64,000 nucleotides of DNA. It comes from an uncultured Solirubrobacteraceae bacterium (GTDB lineage Bacteria; Actinomycetota; Thermoleophilia; Solirubrobacterales; Solirubrobacteraceae). Under the pieces are notes generated by a model. That model did no database searches. It was not told the DNA's origin and was given only the letters and a program-made list of their open reading frames with translations. Location: the NCBI GenBank assembly GCA_963800545.1, contig CAWDBJ010000002.1, forward strand, positions 1,379-65,378. The letters run 5' to 3'. A program made the position numbers and the translations under genes. Below, in pieces: positions 10,804 to 22,721 of the stretch; position 1 is the first letter of the stretch; the number at the start of each line of letters is the position of its first letter.

Positions 10804-11587
10804 TCAGCGACCGGCGCCGTCCACGAGCGCGTCGGCGCCGACGACCGTTCCGGGCCGCGAGCGCTCCATCTCCCCCAGCAGTCCGAGCAGCCGCGCGACC
10901 TGCGCCAGCCAGGCCGGATCGAGCATCAGGAAGGGGTGCAGGATGATCACGTCGATCCCCGTGCCGTGGGCCAGCCGGTGGGCGAAGCGGTCACCCAGCT
11001 GCGCTGCGCCGAGCGGAGTGGAGTTCTCGCCGGCGCGCTCGCGCATCCCGGCGAAGCTCTCCATCAGCCCGAAGGCGTCGACGAGCGGCCACCGGTAGGT
11101 GACGTCGGCGAGCCGGTGGGGGCCGGGCGGGGGCGCGGGATCAGAGGCCGACAGTGACCACCAGGCGTAGCCGAGCGCCGCCAGCAGGTCCTCCGTGTGG
11201 GCGGTGACCCCGCCGCCCGGCGGCCGAAAGCCCCGCGGGGCCAGACCGATGGCCCGGAAGGCGTCACCGGCGCGGGTCAGCAGCGCGCGCTCACGGGCGG
11301 GGTCGCCCGACAGCTCCTGCCACGCCTCATGGCGCCAGCCGTGGACCCCCAGGCCGTGGCCGCGGGCCGCGATCTCCCGCAGCGCCTCGGGGTAGAGCTC
11401 GCAGTTGAGGCCCTCGACGCAGAAGGTGGCCGTCAGGCGGTGGGCGTCGAGCCCGTCGAGCAGCTCCGGCAGGATCTCCGTCACGGAGGGATGGCGGCCC
11501 AGCGGCTCGCTCGGCGGGCCAGATCCCGCGCTCGAGATCGGCGGCCTCCCCGAGGTTGTCGAAGGTCAAGACGACGGTCCGTCTCAT
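10804..11587 (-). CDS. polysaccharide deacetylase family protein (frameshifted)
   Basis: VLTFDNLG, ATFCVEG, GVHGWRHE, GFRPPGG. Confidence 0.85.
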
Positions 11588-11689
11588 CTCACGCTGTCCC
11601 CTGCGCCGTCGTTGTTCGTCTCACTACGTGAACACCGTCCTAGTATGTTCGATGATCTTCGTACAAACCGCGCCGCTGCGAGCCTCCTC

Positions 11690-13165
11690 ATGACCCCTGA
11701 TCCCGACACCGCCACCCCCCGCCACCTGACGGCCACGCTGCTGCTCGCCTGCCTGGCGCAGTTCATGGTCATCCTCGACGTCTCCGTGGTCAACGTCGCC
11801 CTGCCGGCGATCCGCGGCGGCCTGCACTTCTCCGAGGTCGACCTGCAGTGGGTGGTCAACGCCTACACCGTCACCTTCGCCGGCTTCCTGCTGCTCGGCG
11901 GCCGCGCCGCCGACCTGCTCGGCCGCCGCCGGGTGTTCGTCTCCGGGCTGGTGCTGTTCGCGCTGGCCTCGCTGGCCGGCGGGATCGCCGACAGCCAGGG
12001 AGTGCTCATCGGCGCGCGCGCCGTCCAGGGGCTGGGCGGCGCGGTCATCGCCCCGGCGTCGCTGTCGATCCTCACCACCACCTTCGCCGAGGGCGCGGCC
12101 CGCAACCGCGCGGTCGGCATCTGGGGCGCGATGGGCGGCGCCGGCGGCGCGGCCGGCGTGCTGCTCGGCGGCGTCATCACCGATCTGCTCTCGTGGCGCT
12201 GGATCTTCTTCATCAACATCCCGATCGGCGTGCTCGCCGCGGTCGCCGCGCAGCGCTTCATCATGGAGAGCAGGCGCGAGGGGGTCGCTCGCGACTTCGA
12301 CCTGCGCGGTGCCCTGACCGCCACCGTCGGGCTCTCGTTGCTGGTGCTCGGCATCGTCCGCACGGACCAGACCGGCTGGGGATCGGCGCAGACGCTCGCC
12401 CTGATCGCCGCCGGCCTCGTCCTGCTGGCGGGCTTCGTCCTCATCGAGGGCCGCTTTGCCCGCGCGCCGCTGATGCCGCTGCGGATCTGGGCCTCGCGGA
12501 CGCTGAGCGCGGCCAACGTCGTCGTGCTGCTCGTCGGCGCCGCGACCTTCGGCATGTGGTTCTTCGTCTCCCTCTACCTGCAACAGGTGCTCGGCTACTC
12601 GCCGATCCGCGCGGGCCTGGCGTTCCTGCCGATGACGCTGTGCATCGTCGCCGGCTCGACGATCGCCTCGCGCGCGGTGGCGCGGACCGGCGCCAAGCCG
12701 CTGCTGGTGGTCGGAATGACGCTGATGACGATAGGGCTGGCGCTGTTCACCGGCATCTCCACCCACGGCGACTACCCGATCGACGTCCTCATCCCCGGCA
12801 TGCTCGTGGGTGTCGGCATGGGCTTTGCCTTCGTGCCGGCGACGATCTCAGCGGTGGCCGGCGTCGCCCGGGCCGAGGCGGGCCTGGCCTCGGGGCTGGT
12901 CAACACCTCGCGGCTGTTCGGCGGCGCCCTCGGGCTGGCCGTCCTGGCGGCGATCGCCACCAGCCACACCAACTCACAGCTCGCCCACGGGGCGGCGTGC
13001 CCACGCGGCGCTCGTCAGCGGCTTTCAGCTGGCCTTTGCGATCGGCGCGGGCGCCTCGCTCGTCGGCGGCGCTGGTGGCGGCCTTCGGGCTGCCCGCGCG
13101 TTCCGGCGCGCCAGGCGCAGGCGGCACCCGCCGCCGCGGCCGTGGCGCCGGCCGAAACCGCCTGA
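11690..13165 (+). CDS. DHA2 family MFS transporter
   Basis: AQFMVILDVSVVNVALP, GGRAADLLGRRR, WRWIFFINIPIG. Confidence 0.92.
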   Translation: MTPDPDTATPRHLTATLLLACLAQFMVILDVSVVNVALPAIRGGLHFSEVDLQWVVNAYTVTFAGFLLLGGRAADLLGRRRVFVSGLVLFALASLAGGIADSQGVLIGARAVQGLGGAVIAPASLSILTTTFAEGAARNRAVGIWGAMGGAGGAAGVLLGGVITDLLSWRWIFFINIPIGVLAAVAAQRFIMESRREGVARDFDLRGALTATVGLSLLVLGIVRTDQTGWGSAQTLALIAAGLVLLAGFVLIEGRFARAPLMPLRIWASRTLSAANVVVLLVGAATFGMWFFVSLYLQQVLGYSPIRAGLAFLPMTLCIVAGSTIASRAVARTGAKPLLVVGMTLMTIGLALFTGISTHGDYPIDVLIPGMLVGVGMGFAFVPATISAVAGVARAEAGLASGLVNTSRLFGGALGLAVLAAIATSHTNSQLAHGAACPRGARQRLSAGLCDRRGRLARRRRWWRPSGCPRVPARQAQAAPAAAAVAPAETA

Positions 13166-13200
13166 CCGAGCGACGCCGTCGAGCCGTCCCACGCGCGACA

Positions 13201-14139
13201 ATGCCGCGCGTGGCCCGCTGCTTTGTCACCCGCCGGCTCCCCGGCTCGGCGCTCGACCGGCTCGCCGAGGTCCACGAGGTCGACATCTGGCCCGAGCGGA
13301 TGCCCCCGCCCTACGAGGAGCTGCGCCGGCGCACCGCCGACGCCGAGGGGCTGCTGTCGATGCTGACGGACCGCGTGGATCAGGAGCTGATCGACGGCTC
13401 GCCGCCGCTGCGGGCGATCGCCAACTACGCCGTCGGCTACGACAACGTCGACGTCGAGGCCGCCCGCGCCAAGCGGCATCCCCGTCGGCAACACGCCCGA
13501 CGTCCTCACCGGCGCGACCGCTGACCTGGCCTTCGCGCTGCTGCTCGCCGCCGCGCGCCGGCTGCCGCAGGCGGCTGCCTCGATCCCCGCCGGCGAGTGG
13601 GTGACCTGGGAGCCCGACCAGCACCTCGGCTTCGACGTCCACGGGGCGACCCTGGGGATCGTCGGCAAGGGACGGATCGGTGAGGCGGTCGGCGCCGGCG
13701 CGCGGCCGGCTTCGACATGGAGGTGCTCGTGCACTCGCGCAGCAGCGGCAGCGTCGCTGGAGGAGCTGCTCGAGCGCTCGGACTTCGTCTCCCTGCACTG
13801 CCCGCTGACCCCCGAGACGCGCCATCTCATCGACGGCGACGCGCTGGCGCGGATGAAGCCGACGGCGATCCTCATCAACACCGCCCGCGGACCGATCGTC
13901 GACCAGCGCGCGCTGGCCGACGCCCTGCGCGCGGGCACGATCGCCGGGCGCCGCGCTCGACGTCACAGATCCCGAGCCGCTGCCCGCCGACGACCCGCTG
14001 CTCGAAGGCGCCCAACCTGATCGTCGTCCCCCACATCGGCTCGGCCACCCACGCCACCCGCGAGCGGATGGCCGACCTGGCGGTCGACAACCTCCTGGCG
14101 GCCCTCGACGGCCGGCCGATGCCCCACGCCGTGACGTGA
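13201..14139 (+). CDS. D-glycerate dehydrogenase/glyoxylate reductase (frameshifted)
   Basis: [43 protein letters not shown]. Confidence 0.9.
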
Positions 14140-15069
14140 ACGTCGCCGTCGTCGACATCGGCTCCAACTCGACGCGGCTGCTCGATCGCCGAGCGCGACG
14201 GCGCCCGCGTGCGCGAGCTGGTGCGCGAGAGCACGGTCACCCGCCTCGGCCAGGGGGTCGACGCCGACGGGCGGCTGAGCGAGGAGGGGATGCAGCGCGT
14301 CTACGACACGCTCGAGCGCTACGCCGCCTGAGATCGAGGAGCACGACTGCGGCGCGGCCGTGGCCGTGCTGACGAGCGCCGTCCGCGACTCCGCCAACGG
14401 CCAGGAGTTCGCCGACACCGTGCGCGAGCGCTATCGGCCTCGAGCCCCACGTGCTCAGCGGCGACGAGGAGGCGCGGCTGACCTTCCTGGGGGCGACCAG
14501 CGAGCGCGACCCCGAGCGACCGCACCCCCACGCTCGTGCTCGACATCGGCGGCGGCTCGACGGAGCTCGTCATCGGCTCCGGCCACGACGTCGACTTCCA
14601 CGTCTCCACCCAGGCGGGGGTCGTGCGCCAGACCGAGCGCCATCTGCCCACCGATCCGCCGGCCGACGACGAGCTCGACGCGCTGCGCGCCGACGTGCGG
14701 GCGATCATCGGCGAGGCCGTCCCGGAGCCGCGGCGGGCGGGCGTCGGCCACGCGATCGCCGTGGCCGGCACCGCCACCTCGCTGGCCGCCATCGCCCAGC
14801 ATCTCGATCCCTATGACCCCGAGCGGGTCCACGGCTACCGGCTGGACCGCGACGAGGCGCGCCGGATCCTCGGCGAGCTGGCGGCCGTCAGCGTCGACGA
14901 GCGCCGCCAGGTGGCGGGCCTGCACCCCGACCGGGCGCCGACGATCGTGGCCGGCGTCGTCATCTTCCTCGAGGTGCTCGACCTGTTCGATCTCGCCCAG
15001 ATCGAGGTCTCAGAGCACGACATCCTGCGGGGGGCGGTCCTCGGGCTTACCCGGTCTGACGAGAAATAA
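14136..15069 (+). CDS. ppx: Ppx/GppA family exopolyphosphatase (frameshifted)
   Basis: [51 protein letters not shown]. Confidence 0.9.
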
Positions 15070-15122
15070 CCAAAAGAAAACGCATTGCGCTATTGCCAGG
15101 TTTGGTGCAGATAGTGCATTAT
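15063..15122 (+). promoter_or_regulatory. housekeeping-sigma-type promoter with A-rich upstream tract
   Basis: AAATAACCAAAAGAAAA, then TTGCCA (15093-98), 18-nt spacer, CATTAT (15117-22). Confidence 0.6.
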
Positions 15123-15125
15123 GTC

Positions 15126-15312
15126 AGCGGGGTGCGGACCGGAGTCAATCCCGGTTCGCTACCTGCACATAGATCCGGGCGAAGCCGCAGACATCGGCGC
15201 CTCCCGCCGCCCGGGTCACTCTAACCGGCCCTATCTGGCACGTACCCCTGCCCGTCCCGATTGGGCCACACCTGGATCGGAAGCCGCCCGCCTTGTGCGG
15301 GCGGTTTTCGTT
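15126..15312 (+). ncRNA. candidate stand-alone structured RNA (~185 nt; 6S/Ms1-like or new class)
   Basis: Bounded by a promoter and an intrinsic terminator; extensive self-complementarity; no credible ORF; no same-strand gene downstream. Confidence 0.6.
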
Positions 15313-15314
15313 TG
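15281..15314 (+). terminator. intrinsic terminator
   Basis: aagccgcccgc-cttgt-gcgggcggtttt followed by cgtttg. Confidence 0.8.
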
Positions 15315-15368
15315 TGCGGCAGCTGGGTCGTGTGCGACCGTGCGTCTGCGCAGCCGAGGACGCGGCCG

Positions 15369-17036
15369 TCAGGCGAGGTTCGACCGGCGCGGGTAGGCGA
15401 CGCCCGGATCGGTGAGCACGTTGACCAGCGCCGGGCCGCCGGCGGCGAACGCGCGCTCGAGCGCCGGGCGCAGCTCGGCGGGCGTCCGCACCAGCTCGCC
15501 GTGGCAGCCGAGCGCCTCGGCGATCTCGTCATAGCGGGTCTCCGGCCGCAGGTCGGCGACCACCGAGTAGCCGTACATGCGCCTCCATCGGGTGCTTCTC
15601 CAGCGCCCAGATGCCGTTGTTGCCGATCACCCCCACGACCGCCACGCCGTGGCGGGCCAGGGTGTCGAACTCCATCCCGGAGAAGCCGAACGCTCCGTCA
15701 CCGAGCAGCAGCACCACCTGGCGATCCGGGAAGGCCAGCTTGGCGCCCAGCGCGTAGCCGGGCCCCGAGCCCAGGCAGCCGTAGGGGCCGGGATCGACCC
15801 AGCAGCCCGGGCGGTAGGAGTCGACCACCCGGCCGGCGTAGGAGACGAAGTCGCCGCCGTCGCCGATGACGATCGCGTCGCGGTCGAGCAGCTGGGCGAG
15901 CTCGCCGTAGATCCGCATCGGATGCAGCGGGGCGCGCTCGTCGGCTCAGATCGCTCGCCTCGGCCGCGCGGCGCTCGTCCTCGATCGCGCGCAGCGACGC
16001 CACCCAGCTCGTCGCGCTCGGCGCCGCCGGCGCCCGGCGGCCGCGGCGCGCAGCGCGTCGAGGGTCGCCGGCAGCGCGCCGTAGAGCTCGGCGTCGGGCT
16101 GGCGCGCGGACTCGCGCTGCGGCTCGGCGACGTCGATGGCGATCGACCTCGGGCGTCGTCGGCGAACACCGCGCCGAAGCCGAGGCGGAAGTCGAGCGGC
16201 ACGCCGATGACGAGCGCGACGTCGGCCTGGCCGAGCGCGGCGCTGCGGGCGCGGGAGAAGGCCAGCTCGTGATCGGCGGGCACACAGCCGCGGCCGAGGC
16301 CGTTGAGGAACACCGGGATCCGCAGCTGCCTCGGCCAGCGCCTGCAGCTGCGCCTCGCCCCGGCCCCAGTAGAGGCCGGTGCCGGCCATGATCACCGGCC
16401 GCTCGGCGTCGCGCAGCATCGCCGCCGCGCGGTCGATCTCGCCGGAGTCGGCGCCCGGGCCGAGCCACGGCTCGGGCAGCGCCTCGGGCAGCGGCGGCGG
16501 CGCCGGCGGAGCCGAACACCGCGTCGAGCGGGAAGTCGACGAACGCCGGCCCGGTGTGCGGGCGTGACCGCGGTGCGCATCGCCGCGTCGAGCACGTCGG
16601 GGATCTCGCGTGGTCGTCGCCGCCGTCGCCGCCAGCTTGGTCAGCGGCGCCACGAACGGCACGTGGTCGATCTCCTGCAGCGAGCCCTGCCCCCAGCGGA
16701 ACGGCGGGCGCCCGGCCGCCGAGCACGAGCAGCGGCGAGTTGTTCTGCTGCGCCGAGGCGATCGGCGCTCATCCCGTTGGTCACGCCCGGGCCGGCGGTC
16801 AGCGCGCACACGCCGGGCGTGCGGGTCACCTTGGCCCAGCCCTCGGCCGCGAAGGCCGCCGCCTGCTCGTGGCGGGTGTCGACGAGCGCGATGCCCTCCT
16901 CGCGGCAGCCGTCGTAGATCGAGAACAGGTGGCCGCCCGACAGGGTGAACAGCTTGGTCACGCCGTAGGCGCGCAGCGCGCGGGCGACGAGGCGGCCGCC
17001 GTGCAGCTGCGTCTCGGTGTAGCCTCGGCCGCTCAT
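15369..17036 (-). CDS. thiamine-PP-dependent enzyme (acetolactate synthase/2-hydroxyacyl-CoA lyase-like), frameshifted
   Basis: [57 protein letters not shown]...GNN. Confidence 0.9.
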
Positions 17037-17080
17037 CGATGCCGGGCACGCTAACAGCCGGACGGTCCAGTCCAGGCGAG

Positions 17081-18012
17081 TCAGTCCGTCGAGGCGGCCA
17101 CAGCCGCAGGGCGTTGACGATCGCGCCGCTGAGGATGATCAGCGCCAGCACGTAGAACCAGCCGAGCACGATCAGGATGAACACGATCGTGCTGCTGGAA
17201 GCGGGCGATCGTCGAGATGTTCGTCAGGTAGACCGGGAAGGCGTAGTCGATCGCGCCGATGGCCAGCGTCGCCCCCAGCGCCCCCGGCCAGGTCGCGCGC
17301 CACGGCACGCGGCGATGGGGCACGCGCTTGTAGATGATCGCCAGGCAGCCGAACAGCAGGGCCAGCGACAGGGCCAGCGAGCCGGCGTAGACGACCACCG
17401 TGACATGGGCGAGGTCGAAGGGCAGCGCGTTGACGCCGGCGCGCAGGAAGCTCTGGGCGGTGGGCACGGCGACGGTGGCCACCATGAACACGAGCACGAC
17501 GATCACCATCGACAGCGCGAAGCGCTTCTGGCGCCACCAGCGAGCGCGAGGGGCCGCCGTAGATGCGGCTGAAGGCGGTGTCCATCGCGCCCCAGAAGGA
17601 GGAGCCGAGCCACAGGCGAGGCGACCAGGGCCAGCACGCCGGTGCTCGTCGTCGAGTTGCGGACCTCGGAGAGCAGCGAGTCCAGCGTGTGGCCGGCGCT
17701 GCCCGGGAAAGACCTCGCGCAGGTCGGGGACGACGCTGTGCTGGACGGCGGGGCTCGAGAGCACCTGGCCGGCGACGAACAGGCCGAGCAGGGCGATGGG
17801 GATGACCCCGAGCAGCATGTTGTAGGCGACCATCGAGGACAGCCCGGTGATGTTGGCCTCCCAGGCCATGCTTCCAGAAGCGGCGCAGCGGGCCGGGGGA
17901 CGAGCGAGCGGGTCAGCCGGCCCGGACCGCGCGCCGGCTCCACGGCGGGCGTCGGCAGCGGTCTGACCAGGGGCCGGCCGCGCGGCACCGCCCGGTCGAC
18001 CGATGCTCCATG
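17081..18012 (-). CDS. YihY/BrkB family membrane protein (frameshifted)
   Basis: [58 protein letters not shown]. Confidence 0.82.
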
Positions 18013-18075
18013 GCCCAAGTCTGCCGCACCCGCCGTGCGGTGAAACTCCGGCGACCCGGCACGGGCAGGCGACGC

Positions 18076-18747
18076 TCAGCCGACGGGGGCCAGCGGCCGG
18101 CGCCAGCGCTCGCGACTGAGCGCGGAGGCGGCCCGGCTGGCGAGGCTCGTCCTGAGCGGCGCCGGCGCGGGCCAGAGCGCAGTCGCCGGCGAACCAGCGT
18201 CCGCCGACGGTGATCGCCGGGAGCTCGCGGATGTCGTGCGCGCGAAGGACATGGCCATTTCCGTCAGTTCGTCGTCGCGCCAGCGCTCTCCTGCCGCCTC
18301 CAGGCATCCGTCGAGCGGAACGCCGGCGGCGGCGGCCGCCTCGGTGAGGGCCTCGGGGTCCTCGAGATCGAAGCCGCCGCAGAAGGCCAGGCGGCTGGCG
18401 GCGAGCGCGAACCGGGCGCCGGCACCGAGCTCGCAGGCGTAGGCGGCGGCGCGCAGCGCGCACGGCGTGCCGGCGCGGGAAGGCCTCGGGCCACACCAGC
18501 GGCAGGCGCAGCTGCTCGGCGCGCGCCTCGGCGTGGGCGCGCACCTCCTCGCGCTCCCAGGCGCGATCCGCGCAGCGCGGTGCCGTCGACCGCGACCCAG
18601 TCGACGTCGCCCAGGAAGCGCTCGACGCGCTCGGCGGTCAGGTACGAGAGCGGGTCAGAGACGTCGAAGAAGAACGTCGGCGGCAGGTCCATCGAGCGCC
18701 GCGGCGCGGTCGGCGCGGCGGGTGGTGAGGTCGATCAGCTCACCCAT
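18076..18747 (-). CDS. DsbA/2-hydroxychromene-2-carboxylate isomerase-like protein (frameshifted)
   Basis: FFFDVSDPLSYLTAER, LRLPLVWP, LAFCGGFDL, LPAITVGGRWF. Confidence 0.7.
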
Positions 18748-18899
18748 GGCGAATTCCTACGCGCGCCGGCGGAAGGTGCGGATCACTTGGGTCATCGGGA
18801 AGCTTCAACGACCGCCTCGCCGGCAAACTGGCGCAAACCGGTGGCGAATTTCCGGCCTTCCGTTATGCTGAATGTCGGGTAAGTGCAAAGACCAGAGGA

Positions 18900-19626
18900 T
18901 TGGAGTTAGCCATCCCGCACGTACCACCCGCAAAGCGCCACCCGTATGACCAGTGGTCACCGGACGCGCGAGCACTTGATCTGGTAGGGGACAAGTGGAC
19001 GTTGTTGATCGTGCGTGACCTGATTTCAGGTCCACGTCGCTTCGTCGAACTGCAGCGTGTGCTGCCAGGAATCTCCACCGAGCAGCTCCGCTCGCGGTTG
19101 AACCGGATGGTCGCTGATGGCATGTTGACCCGTAAGCGGTACCGCGAGGTTCCGCCGCGCGTGGACTACGAGCTCACCGAACGTGCGCGTGAGCTCGCAC
19201 CCGTGCTCGGCGAGTTGGCTCGCTGGGGCTACGAATGGGCGTGGGGTCCCCCCCGCTCGTCGGAAGCGATCGACATCGGTGCGATCTTCCGCCTCATCCC
19301 CGGGCTCGTGGACGGCTGGCTCCAGCGCCACGGGCACCGTCGAGCTGACCGTCGAAGACGGCCACCACGGCGGAGCCGTCCGTCTACCTGGTGAAGTTCA
19401 CGCCGCGGGCGCGCGACGCTCACCGAGGGAACGGACGGCAGCGCCGACGCCCACGTCACCGGCACGACCGATGCGTGGATCGCCGCTCTCGCCCCGTCCG
19501 CAGACCGCGGCGGGCTGCAGAGCACCGGCAACCAGCGCCTGGCCTCCGCCCTGCTGGATCTGCTCTCCCAAGGGCAGGACAGCGCGGCCTGGCCGTGACG
19601 GCCGACACCGCCGGCGACTGACCTAG
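18900..19626 (+). CDS. HxlR family winged-helix regulator with C-terminal extension (frameshifted)
   Basis: ALDLVGDKWTLLIVRDL.SGPRRFVEL...EVPPRVDYELT. Confidence 0.88.
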
Positions 19627-19723
19627 CTCGACATACGGGCTCTTGAGCCGCGCCGCGGGGAACCGGCGCGGCTTTGGCGCGCCGGCCGCCCCCGCCGGCC
19701 TCGCCACCGAGCCGGGCCGCGGG

Positions 19724-21220
19724 CTACTTGCTGGAGAAGTGCGCCGGCGTGATGTGCGGGAACTTGCCGCTCTGACCCAGCAGCGCCTGCGCCTGGCTGC
19801 GGGGCCACCCAGCAGGCCGGGGTTCCCAGCTGGGTCAGCTGAGGCGAGACCCGTGCCGGTGGGCCGCGAGCCGTCGCCGCCGGCGCCGGTGTTGTTGCAG
19901 TCCCAGGACGGGAGGGCGAAGCTGCCCGGGTACTTGCCGCCGGCCGTGAAGTCGCGCTTGTCGGCCAGCCACAGCGGCGGCGGATAGGTGTTGCCGCGGT
20001 TGGCCGAGTCGCGGTTGGCGGCGAACGACAGCGTCTCGGGACCGAGCGGCTGGAACTGGCGCAGGTAGTGGCCGGTGCCGCCCCCGGAGAAGCTCGTCGT
20101 CTTGGCGGCCAGGCCGGCGGCGCCGTTGGAGATGAAGTCCGAGGTCAGCTGCTGGTGCTGGGAGAGCCAGGTGAGGATCGGGTTGAGCTGCTCGAGGAAC
20201 GGCCCGAGGGAGGCGAGCAGCGGCGTCGCCCCGTTGAGCGTCGCGGCTGATCGCGGGCAGCCCCGTCTTGGAGGCGGTGATCAGCGGACCGAGGTTCGTC
20301 AGGAAGTTCTCCAGCGACGGCGCCAGCAGATCGACGTCGTGCAGCGTCGGCTTGAGGTTGCGGGCCACCGGCTCGAGCTTCTTGACGAGCGGATCGGTGT
20401 CGAGCGAGAAGCCCTTGAGGCGGGTCATCGTCTTGCGCGTCTCGTCCAGGAACGTCGGGAACACATGGAAGGTGGCGGCGATCGCGTTGTTGTTGGCCGC
20501 CGTCGTGTGGAAGGTCGTCTCCGCCGAGGTGATGAGGTTGCGCAGCGCGGCGGGTCCTTGTCGAGCGCGGCGAACAGGGTCCCGCCGTTCTGGATGAGGC
20601 GGACGACCGCGGTGTGCTGGACGTCGAGCACCTGGAGCAGGTCCGTGGTGTCGGCGGCGAACGTCGGCAGGTTGCCGATCACGTTGGAGATGTTCTGGTC
20701 GTTGCCCTTGACGCGCGACCGCCAGCTGCTGCTGCCACTGGCGGAAGGCGGCGCGCGTCTTGGGATCGAGCGCGTCGAAGATCTGGTCGAGCTGGACGGC
20801 GTTGGTCACCTGGGAGCGGGCCAGCAGCCCCCCGTCCTTGAGCATCGGGCTGTGGGGGGTGCCGGTCGTCAGCTGCACGTAGGTCTCGCCGAGGATCGTC
20901 TTCTGGCGCAGGATCGCCCGCGCGTCCTTGTGGATCGGCGCGAACTTGTTGTTCATCTGGATCGTGGCGATCGTCCGGTTGCCCTGCGGGTCAAGCTCCT
21001 TGGCGATCACCTTGCCGACGGTCACGCCCGCGATCCGCACGTCGGCCTGGTCGGCCAGCTGGCTGGCGTCCGTGAAGGACACCTTGAACTCATAGCCCTG
21101 CGGGTTGAAGGGGATCGTCCCGCCGAAGGACAGCCACAGGAACAGCATCAGCCCGATGACGGAGAGGGCGAACAGCACCATCGTGAGGATCTTGGTGATT
21201 GAGGGGCTGCCGGTGTCCAT
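19724..21220 (-). CDS. Mce/MlaD family protein 6
   Basis: N-terminal TM, ADVRIAGVTVGKV, RQKTILGETYVQL. Confidence 0.88.
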
Positions 21221-21232
21221 GGTCGGTGCTGG

Positions 21233-22721
21233 TTAGCGGGTGGGGAGCTTGGGGGCGAAGTTGCGACAGCGCGGAGACGACGCCGTTGGTCTGGCCGTTG
21301 GCGGCCGACGTTGTTGACCTGCTTGGCCGCGTTGGGGTGCTTGGCGGCGTACTGCTTGTAGGCGGCGCTCACCGCGGTCGCCTGCTGCGGGCAGATGCCG
21401 GCCGAGCCGACGAGCGGCGTCAGGTTGAACAGGCCCTCGAAGGCCGTGCCCAGCCCAGCTGCCGCCGACGTTGAGGTTGTCGATCAGCTGGGAGAGGGTC
21501 GCGCAGCTCGCCTGCAGGAACAGCGGGCGGAAGACGCCGTTGGCGTCCTGGACGGAGAACAGCGTGCGCACGTTGTGGTCCAGCCAGGCCAGCCACCACA
21601 GGTAGCCGTGCTGGCCGCTGCCGTCGGTGCTGTCGCCCGGGTTGTAGCCGAGCATGTTGACGAAGTGGTTGAGCACGACGAACGTCTTGGTCAGGTTCGG
21701 CGTGGCCACGGACGAGGTTGACGGCCGCCGGCTCGAGGTTGCGCACCAGCGGCCGGGAGGCGACGACGAACGGCCGGATCTGGTTCTTGATGATCGGCGT
21801 GCTCGGCTTGGCCAGGGCGACGAGCGCCTTGTTGGCGGCCGGCAGCGAGCGGGCGGCGGGCAGCAGGCTGGTGGCCGTCGGGCCCAGCAGCTTGGCGAAG
21901 CGCTGGACGCGCTGGAGCGTGTCCGTCGTCTGGCGCAGCGTGCCGGGCAGATCGACGATCGCGCGGCTGAGGTTGCCGTCCTCGGAGGCGAAGGCGCGGA
22001 ACACCGTCGAGCTCGAGTCGATCAGCTGGACGATCTGGGACTGCTTGGTCGCCAGCGAGGTGTTCAGGCGCTGCAGCGAGTTGACCAGCTGGCTGAGGTC
22101 GCGCCCGCGGACGGCGACCGCCTTGTTGAGGCGCGCCAGGTCGCGGTGGGTGGGCTCGAAGCGCTCGAAGACCTGGGCGAGCTCCGTGCCGCCCTTGCCC
22201 TTGAGCCCCTGGCCGGCGCCGTTGACGAGCAGGCTCAGGTAGCTGCGGCTGTCGGAGTCCAGCGAGGAGAGGATCTCGTCGACGTTGACGTCGGGGTTGG
22301 TGTTGCCGACCGGGATGGTGAAGCCCTGCTTGGCCAGCGGCGCCTGCTTGGAGCCCGGGTTGAGCTCGACGAACATGTCCTTGAGGCCGGTCTTGGGGCG
22401 CAGCAGCGCGGTCGCGTCGGTGTGGACGAGGTGCTTGTACTTCTGGCTGATGTCCAGCCGCACGTCGGCGAGCCCGTTCTTGAGCGTGACCGCCCCGATC
22501 TGGCCGACGTAGACGCCCGACACGCGGACGGACTGGCCCTGGCCGGGGGTGACCGCCTGGGCGGTCGAGAACTCGGCGTTGAGCGTGTAGGGCGCGGCGT
22601 CGATGAAGGGGAAGCGGAAGCGCTCCTGGGTGAGCACGTAGCCGGCGACGACCACGGACAGCAGGAGCAGCACGATGATCGCGGCGAAGTCGACGGCGTG
22701 GTTCTTGATCGCGCGTTTCAT
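21233..22721 (-). CDS. Mce/MlaD family protein 5
   Basis: AVTPGQGQSVRVSGVYVGQI, LRPKTGLKDMFVEL. Confidence 0.88.

Noticed and set aside
15121-15396. 91-aa ORF over the candidate RNA
   Set aside because: It starts inside the -10 element, lacks host codon bias and runs through the terminator.
18820-18860. c-di-GMP-I riboswitch-like GGCAAAC...GCAA sequence
   Set aside because: It lacks the GACGCAAAGC block and a convincing second stem; more likely divergent promoter sequence.
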